From the NCBI GenBank assembly GCA_000146465.1, contig CP001949.1: 64,000 nt of DNA. One strand, written 5' to 3'. The position numbers and the translations under genes were made by a program. Shown one piece after another: positions 58,901-64,000 of this stretch (positions are counted from its first letter, which is position 1; every line of letters begins with the position of its first letter). A model generated the notes under the pieces. The model was not told the origin of the DNA, searched no databases, and saw nothing but the letters and a program-made list of their open reading frames with translations.

Positions 58901-59800
58901 CTATGATGTACATGCTTGCTCAAACGGTTGAACGCTTTCCTTCCAAAAGAAATTAAATACTTGGACGCCGATCACAGTGAAGGAAAACGCCAAGAACCGT
59001 TGTACGTCTATCTCTCTGCACAGATACAAGTCGGTGACAATTGCCGAAAAGCCTGTGATCACGTTGAGAAGCGTGGACTTCTCCACTTTGTCCAGAAACA
59101 AAGAAATCTCGGATAGCAGATATGTTGTTACTATCTCCATAAGAAGCACAAGGTATATGCCTGGAGACGAGACTATCTTGACATAGGTAGATTTCTGCGA
59201 AAGCGCCTCTTCTGTCATATAGAACAAGGAAAACAGGGTGAGAAAGAACCCATATGTTGTCATATAGCACCAGAACTTCTTAAAGTCCACAAGAGTAGGC
59301 TTTATCTTGGCTTCAAACACTGCTAGGCTGACGGCTCCAAACAACCCTGATAAAGATCCAATGAACATGTGGAGTGGAATGGAGAGAGATTCTCCCGAAG
59401 ATATCTCTATAAGAAACCCTCCTAGAACCATTAGGAGCCCAATGTATTGGGTGTATGAGTACTTTGTTCCATTCCAGATTATGGCTATGAGTGCAGTAAA
59501 AAGATATTGGAGATCAGAAGAGATCACATATGATGTCGATGATGCTTTTGAATAGTACGAAAGCACCCCCAGATAACCACCAAGAAAACTTAAACTTGCA
59601 ACAATAAATGTATACTTCATCTTGAAATCAAATGATTGCATGTTTAGATATGAAATAGCCATTTTTATGAAGCTTGAGATCAACATCAGCAACCCCCCGA
59701 CTTTGTAGTTCACAAGTATCACAACTTTCAGGACAGAGAGCATCACGGCTGCAACTATGCTCATTACTACAAATATCTCTAGTTTTTTCTTGCTCCACAT
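58901..59800 (-). CDS. multi-pass membrane protein, nucleotide-sugar/TPT-type transporter-like
   Basis: About 9-10 hydrophobic helices in 299 aa; the family call is weak. Confidence 0.35.
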   Translation of the reverse strand: MWSKKKLEIFVVMSIVAAVMLSVLKVVILVNYKVGGLLMLISSFIKMAISYLNMQSFDFKMKYTFIVASLSFLGGYLGVLSYYSKASSTSYVISSDLQYLFTALIAIIWNGTKYSYTQYIGLLMVLGGFLIEISSGESLSIPLHMFIGSLSGLFGAVSLAVFEAKIKPTLVDFKKFWCYMTTYGFFLTLFSLFYMTEEALSQKSTYVKIVSSPGIYLVLLMEIVTTYLLSEISLFLDKVEKSTLLNVITGFSAIVTDLYLCREIDVQRFLAFSFTVIGVQVFNFFWKESVQPFEQACTS

Positions 59801-59984
59801 CTGCCCCTAGGGCTTTATTATTTAGATTTAAACATATCAGTAGATTAGTTTCAAAGAGTGATGAAGTAGTGTCTATTATGATAAGTCTTGAGGGAAGAGA
59901 GAGCCAAAGCATTGGAAGAAGATAAACCCGGGATGGTTGGAGATTGTAAGTTATTTCGGCTGGAGGGCTTCCCCCTCTATTTGG

Positions 59985-60518
59985 ATGTTCTACAGTGCAA
60001 AGATCGAGGACAAAATTAAAATTTCCCTAAACAGCAATGTGGAGAAAAAAAGAGAAGTCTTTGAGGAGCTTAAGAAAAAGTATGTTGGAAGAACACTAGA
60101 AAACACTAGCATGTGTGTTCTTATAGAAAGGGTTATAGATGTCTATGAATATAAAGTATATGACGAATTCCTAGTTGCCGAGGTTGAGTTTGAGGCACTT
60201 TTCTTTAGATTTTTCAAGGATGAAGTGGGATGTGGAACAATACTGGAACAGAATGAGAAGGGCATAAGGATCGGAGTATCCTTTTTCCACAATCTCTGGG
60301 CTAAGAAGGACTTCCTGCCGTCTGTGAGCGAAAAGGCATATGTGAGCGATTGTGGAGAAAAGCAATTGGCCTGGGTGTGGATTTACCGAGAGAACAAATT
60401 GTATTTTAGAAGGAAGTCCTGTATAAGATTCCGAGTTTTGCATCCCGAGGAGAAGTCTTCCCTTGTTCTCTGTGGTCTCAACGAGGCGGGATTGGGGCCA
60501 TTAGAATGGTGGGTGTAG
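59985..60518 (+). CDS. RNA polymerase Rpb7-family subunit (Rpb7/Rpc25/Rpa43-like)
   Basis: MFYSAKIEDKIKISLNS..VEGTL..CVLIERVIDV..GRI..GSAEF.V.F.A.FFRFFKDEVGCGTI follows the Rpb7 N-domain pattern (MFF...[41 protein letters not shown]); ATG at 59985 follows CCCCC. Confidence 0.5.
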   Translation: MFYSAKIEDKIKISLNSNVEKKREVFEELKKKYVGRTLENTSMCVLIERVIDVYEYKVYDEFLVAEVEFEALFFRFFKDEVGCGTILEQNEKGIRIGVSFFHNLWAKKDFLPSVSEKAYVSDCGEKQLAWVWIYRENKLYFRRKSCIRFRVLHPEEKSSLVLCGLNEAGLGPLEWWV

Positions 60519-60563
60519 GAAGTACAGGGCTTGGATGGTGTAAACAGGGTTTGTGTGGCCCCT

Positions 60564-60704
60564 ATGGAGAAAATGGGTTGCGAGGAGGAAAGGTTAGATA
60601 TGATTATAAGAAGCTTACGTGAAATGTCCGCAGATCTGGACCATCTCCTCCTTCTTGGATCAGATGTTAAGGACTTGAGCCGAAATCTTGATAAGTTTCT
60701 GTGA
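60564..60704 (+). CDS. candidate small ORF (46 aa)
   Basis: ATG..TGA ORF MEKMGCEEERLDMIIRSLREMSADLDHLLLLGSDVKDLSRNLDKFL in a 235-bp spacer; no homology recognised. Confidence 0.15.
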   Translation: MEKMGCEEERLDMIIRSLREMSADLDHLLLLGSDVKDLSRNLDKFL

Positions 60705-60776
60705 TGTTTCTTTTCTGGATGCTGTTTCCGAGAATAAAGAGTTTTCCTAAAATTGTCTAAATCCCTTGAATCTACC

Positions 60777-61646
60777 ATGAAAGTACAAAAAATTATAGAG
60801 TTGATCAAGCGGTCCTATGACCAGCCAATATTGTTCCATAGGCTCCACTGTCACTTGGCCTACATTCTGGAAAAAGGCAATCTGTTGTATGAAATATCTG
60901 ATGAGTGGTCAAGAATACTAGTTCTCAGTGCAACCCAGAGCAAGGACCCGAACCAAGGCCTCGAAAGAAAGATTCTGTCGTTTCTAAAGGAAATAAGACC
61001 TCCAGTGAGTAGCAAGGAATCAAGATTGAAGCTGTGGATAATTTTGTACTATCTTAGCAGCAGATCTCCAACCCAGGTGAATCATTTGGTGCTTTTTGAA
61101 CTTGTTTCCAACTTCATAGGTACCTCGCCTTTTGTGGATGGGCTCATCTTGTCAATATTCAGCAGAGCTGTTACCTGCACCAGCTTTGGCCTTGAAAGTA
61201 ACAAGAAGTTGGGAAATGAGAGTATTGGGCATCTGCTTGAAATAATAAAGAAGAAGTCCTTAGGAGTTCTGTGCAGGGCCTTGGCTCTTCCATGTTATAT
61301 AAATCACAAGGTCGAGCCGCCATCCCTCCTAGACCTAGTTGTTGAAAACGATGCACAGACCCTCATAGTTCTGGAAAGAGTATTCTTCTATGCGAAGTAT
61401 TCCAAGCATGTTGAGTTTGTGAAAAAAATAGTTCCAGACGATGCAGTCTTTGTTAGTAGCTTGAAAGAGTTTATCTCTAAGTCCTTTCGTGTAAGTACCA
61501 AAGATGGTGGGGGATGTCAGGTTGCAGATAGTGTTGTTGATAATCTCGGCATATTGAACGAAATAAAGAGGGCATATGAAGAGGCACGGGACAAAAAAAG
61601 ATTTGTATCGAGGATCACAGAGTTTGTGATGGAGTTGGATAAGTAG
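60777..61646 (+). CDS. hypothetical helical protein
   Basis: Intact ORF; ATG at 60777 follows TCCC (the maximal ORF starts at 60753). Confidence 0.4.
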   Translation: MKVQKIIELIKRSYDQPILFHRLHCHLAYILEKGNLLYEISDEWSRILVLSATQSKDPNQGLERKILSFLKEIRPPVSSKESRLKLWIILYYLSSRSPTQVNHLVLFELVSNFIGTSPFVDGLILSIFSRAVTCTSFGLESNKKLGNESIGHLLEIIKKKSLGVLCRALALPCYINHKVEPPSLLDLVVENDAQTLIVLERVFFYAKYSKHVEFVKKIVPDDAVFVSSLKEFISKSFRVSTKDGGGCQVADSVVDNLGILNEIKRAYEEARDKKRFVSRITEFVMELDK

Positions 61647-61674
61647 TTATGAGTCCGGAACAGGAAAAGAGCAA

Positions 61675-61747
61675 CACCCTGAGCGGGACTCGAACCCGCA
61701 ATCTTCTGCTTAGAAGGCAGACGCGTTAGCCATTACGCCATCAGGGC
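61675..61747 (-). tRNA. tRNA-Arg (anticodon UCU)
   Basis: Manual cloverleaf fold: acceptor GCCCTGA/TCAGGGT, D-stem GCGT/ACGC, anticodon stem TCTGC/GCAGA with loop CTTCTAA, T-arm GCGGG-TTCGAGT-CCCGC; no intron. Confidence 0.85.
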
Positions 61748-61817
61748 TCGATCCCACGCCTACCAATCCCCAATACCTCTGGAATCCAAACAACTTGCGA
61801 AACCTTGCGAAGCCCTC

Positions 61818-63122
61818 ATGCGTGAAGTGATAACACTACAGGTTGGTCAGTGCGGAAATCAAATGGGTGCCGAGTTCTGGAAGACATTGTGCAAGGAACA
61901 CGGAATATCCAACTGTGGGACTTTACAAGACAACAGAGACCTTGGAGACAGGAAAGATGTCTTCTTTTACCAATCAGACGATAATGTGTTTGTTCCCAGA
62001 GCAATGCTTGTGGATTTGGAGCCCCGGGTTATATCCCAAGCACCATCATTTTTCAATCAGGAGAATATTTTTCTATCCAACGAAGGAGGTGGAGCAGGAA
62101 ATAACTGGGGACATGGATACTATATGGGCAAGACCATGGGAGACGACGTGGTAGAAGTGATCCAAAGGGAAGCAGAGGGCTGCGATTCTCTCGAGACCTT
62201 CTTCTTGCTCCACTCCATAGCAGGAGGAACAGGATCAGGATTTGGGTCTTTACTTTTGGAAAGAATAAGAGAGGAGTTTCCCAAGAAGATTGTCCAGACA
62301 TACTCTATATTCCCTAACAACGATGAATCCAGCGACGTTGTTGTCCAGCCATACAACTCCATGCTGACGCTTCAAAGACTCATAGAAAACTCGGACTGCA
62401 TTGTCGTGATGGACAACTCATCGCTTGGAAGATATACCTTGGACTCTCTGAGGATCGGCACCCCAACATTCGACCATATAAATCACCTTATATCAACAGT
62501 GATGGCTGCATCCACATCTACAATTAGATTTCCGGGATATATGTATTGCACACATCAGTCCATAAATAGCTGTCTTATTCCTGTTGATCCACTCAAATTC
62601 GTTGCACCATCATACACTCCTTTTGCATGCGATGAAATGTCTAGGATCGTCAGGAAGACAACATGTTCCGACGTCATGAGAAGACTTCTCCTACCAAAGA
62701 CCAGGCTTGCAAGCTATGAGCAAACGAAGGTCCAGTCTGTAGTGTCGATGCTGAATATCTTGCACGGTATCGAAGATCCCGGAGAGGTGTCCAGGACAGT
62801 TATGCGGTTTCTTGACAAGGGAATAGTCAACTTTGTCCCCTGGATGCCTCCCTCATTCAATGTTGCATTGGGAAAGAACATTGCCAACAACATAATGCCA
62901 AGCAGGATTTCCGGTCTAAGCCTCACTAACTCGACAGGAATCTCTTCGGTCCTGTCGAAGATATCTGGACAGTTTGACAAACTCAAGAAGCAGCGTGCAT
63001 TCCTGGATATTTACAAGAGATTTGGGGTTGAACCTGAAATGTTTGACCATGCAAAAGAGATTGTCCAGAAGACTCTTGAGGAATACCGCATGGCCGAAAT
63101 GTCGACATATTTAAGCCACTAG
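61818..63122 (+). CDS. TUBG: gamma-tubulin
   Basis: [62 protein letters not shown], all collinear with gamma-tubulin ([18 protein letters not shown]). Confidence 0.9.
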   Translation: MREVITLQVGQCGNQMGAEFWKTLCKEHGISNCGTLQDNRDLGDRKDVFFYQSDDNVFVPRAMLVDLEPRVISQAPSFFNQENIFLSNEGGGAGNNWGHGYYMGKTMGDDVVEVIQREAEGCDSLETFFLLHSIAGGTGSGFGSLLLERIREEFPKKIVQTYSIFPNNDESSDVVVQPYNSMLTLQRLIENSDCIVVMDNSSLGRYTLDSLRIGTPTFDHINHLISTVMAASTSTIRFPGYMYCTHQSINSCLIPVDPLKFVAPSYTPFACDEMSRIVRKTTCSDVMRRLLLPKTRLASYEQTKVQSVVSMLNILHGIEDPGEVSRTVMRFLDKGIVNFVPWMPPSFNVALGKNIANNIMPSRISGLSLTNSTGISSVLSKISGQFDKLKKQRAFLDIYKRFGVEPEMFDHAKEIVQKTLEEYRMAEMSTYLSH

Positions 63123-63157
63123 GCATGCTAACCGAAGTAAACTCAACCATGTCCACC

Positions 63158-63658
63158 TTATTTATTGTTATTTCCTATGTTAAGAGATCGAGACGCCCTA
63201 TGGAGAAAGGAAGCAAATCCTTTTGGAACCTTTATTCCGTCCACTCCCTCGAAGTTCCTCTTTGGTAGCTTACTAAGCATCTCGTCACTCTTCCCAAGCA
63301 TAATAACACCCTCGTAGAGAAATCCCGCTACAAGCAGGACAATCTGGTCGTATTTTTTCCATACTCTTTCTTGTGTTGGTGTCTTGACAACATCGACAAA
63401 TGCAGCTGCGAATTCATCAAAGGCCTGCCCTACAAATGCCTCATTCACCTCCATCGGCGAATATATGATCAAAAGTATCTCGTCCAGCCTCTTACACATG
63501 ACAATTCTGTCACGGAACACTGCTATACTCTCTCTATCTCTTACAGTCTTTTCCACAATCTTCTCCACAACTCCCTCATCCTTTGTAAAGACTTTCTTAT
63601 AGAGAATCTCCCCTTGGCTACTTGCCACAACCAACCCTTCAACATCAAAGAGGCTCAT
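63158..63658 (-). CDS. longin-fold small subunit, zeta-COP-like (alternatively an AP sigma or TRAPP-like)
   Basis: 166 aa; N-terminal LFDVEGLVVASSQGEILYKKVF and ..IVLLVAGFLYEGVIM match the longin/sigma-zeta adaptin-fold pattern. Confidence 0.35.
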   Translation of the reverse strand: MSLFDVEGLVVASSQGEILYKKVFTKDEGVVEKIVEKTVRDRESIAVFRDRIVMCKRLDEILLIIYSPMEVNEAFVGQAFDEFAAAFVDVVKTPTQERVWKKYDQIVLLVAGFLYEGVIMLGKSDEMLSKLPKRNFEGVDGIKVPKGFASFLHRASRSLNIGNNNK

Positions 63659-63720
63659 CCAGGGTTCGTCCTGCTAGTCATTTTGGCCTTTGTTTATCTA
63701 TCTCCACATCCCTTGAGATG

Positions 63721-64000
63721 ATGCATGAATTGAACTGTGTCCCACAAGAGACAATAACAAGTGTTTCATACAACAAGGATATACTTATTTCCCTGTGGAG
63801 TGGAGAGCTTATGCTGTATTCTGGAGTCACCTTTGGATGTAAGGGATCGGTAGAAGCGGAGATTCCTGTTACCAGGGCTATTCTTACGTCGGACGTGGTG
63901 GCTGGAGATATAGAGGGAAGTGTTCGGATATATGACATGTCTTTGAACGAAAAGGCAAAGATCTCAAGCGGGGTTGGTGGAATACAACTCCTGCATGAGT
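63721..64000 (+). CDS. 5' fragment of a WD-repeat-like protein (runs off the window end)
   Basis: ATG at 63721, open to the end of the window; contains GSVRIYDMS, typical of a WD blade. Confidence 0.3.
   Translation, partial: MHELNCVPQETITSVSYNKDILISLWSGELMLYSGVTFGCKGSVEAEIPVTRAILTSDVVAGDIEGSVRIYDMSLNEKAKISSGVGGIQLLHE

Noticed and set aside
63371-63938. ORFs 63371-63721 (+) and 63678-63938 (-)
   Set aside because: The first is antisense to the longin-like gene. The second is antisense to an open WD-like reading frame that runs off the window end, and its translation is low-complexity
1-64000. Search for CRISPR arrays, prokaryotic defence islands, transposons, long direct or inverted repeats
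   Set aside because: Nothing of the kind is visible. The window is a eukaryotic nuclear segment with monocistronic genes on both strands, and no repeat family could be recognised by eye

Overview
Call: this 64-kb window reads as a compact, intron-poor eukaryotic nuclear segment, most like a microsporidian of the Encephalitozoon/Ordospora type. Genes are packed on both strands with spacers of roughly 5-150 bp. The proteins are short and divergent but recognisably eukaryotic housekeeping proteins. A C-run (CCC) sits 3-12 nt upstream of most ATG start codons. I support about 65 protein-coding genes, three intron-less tRNA genes (Glu-CUC, Cys-GCA, Arg-UCU) and a U6 snRNA gene with a Pol III oligo-T terminator. 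The coding genes cover: DNA replication (MCM3, DNA primase small subunit); cell cycle (CDK, B-type cyclin, gamma-tubulin, condensin CAP-G-like, APC10-like); translation (CysRS, ArgRS, RPS15, RPL26, RPL18A, the NSUN2/Trm4 methyltransferase, and the ribosome-biogenesis GTPases Lsg1 and Nug1-like); transcription and RNA processing (RPB6, Rpb7-like, IWS1, CstF64, POP1, Mrd1-like, NOL10, SmB, LSm, Yju2); proteasome beta3; histone H2B; cyclophilin; a HIT hydrolase; PIG-L; ABCG and SLC26 transporters. There is also a notable set of secretory-pathway coat and tethering genes: AP sigma, p115/Uso1-like, Sec31, delta-COP, a zeta-COP-like longin protein, and V-ATPase subunits H and e. I see no CRISPR array, no transposon or repeat family, and no prokaryotic-style defence island. 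The points worth a second look are all eukaryotic-scale. They are an unannotated U6 gene, systematic N-terminal over-extension of ORFs from TTG/GTG starts, a catalytically degenerate acyltransferase, a possibly split E1-like gene, a RING-less protein with two B-boxes and a coiled coil, small ORFs in the few long spacers, and gene ends that run into each other. Coordinates I counted by hand (tRNAs, U6, refined starts) may be off by 1-2 nt.
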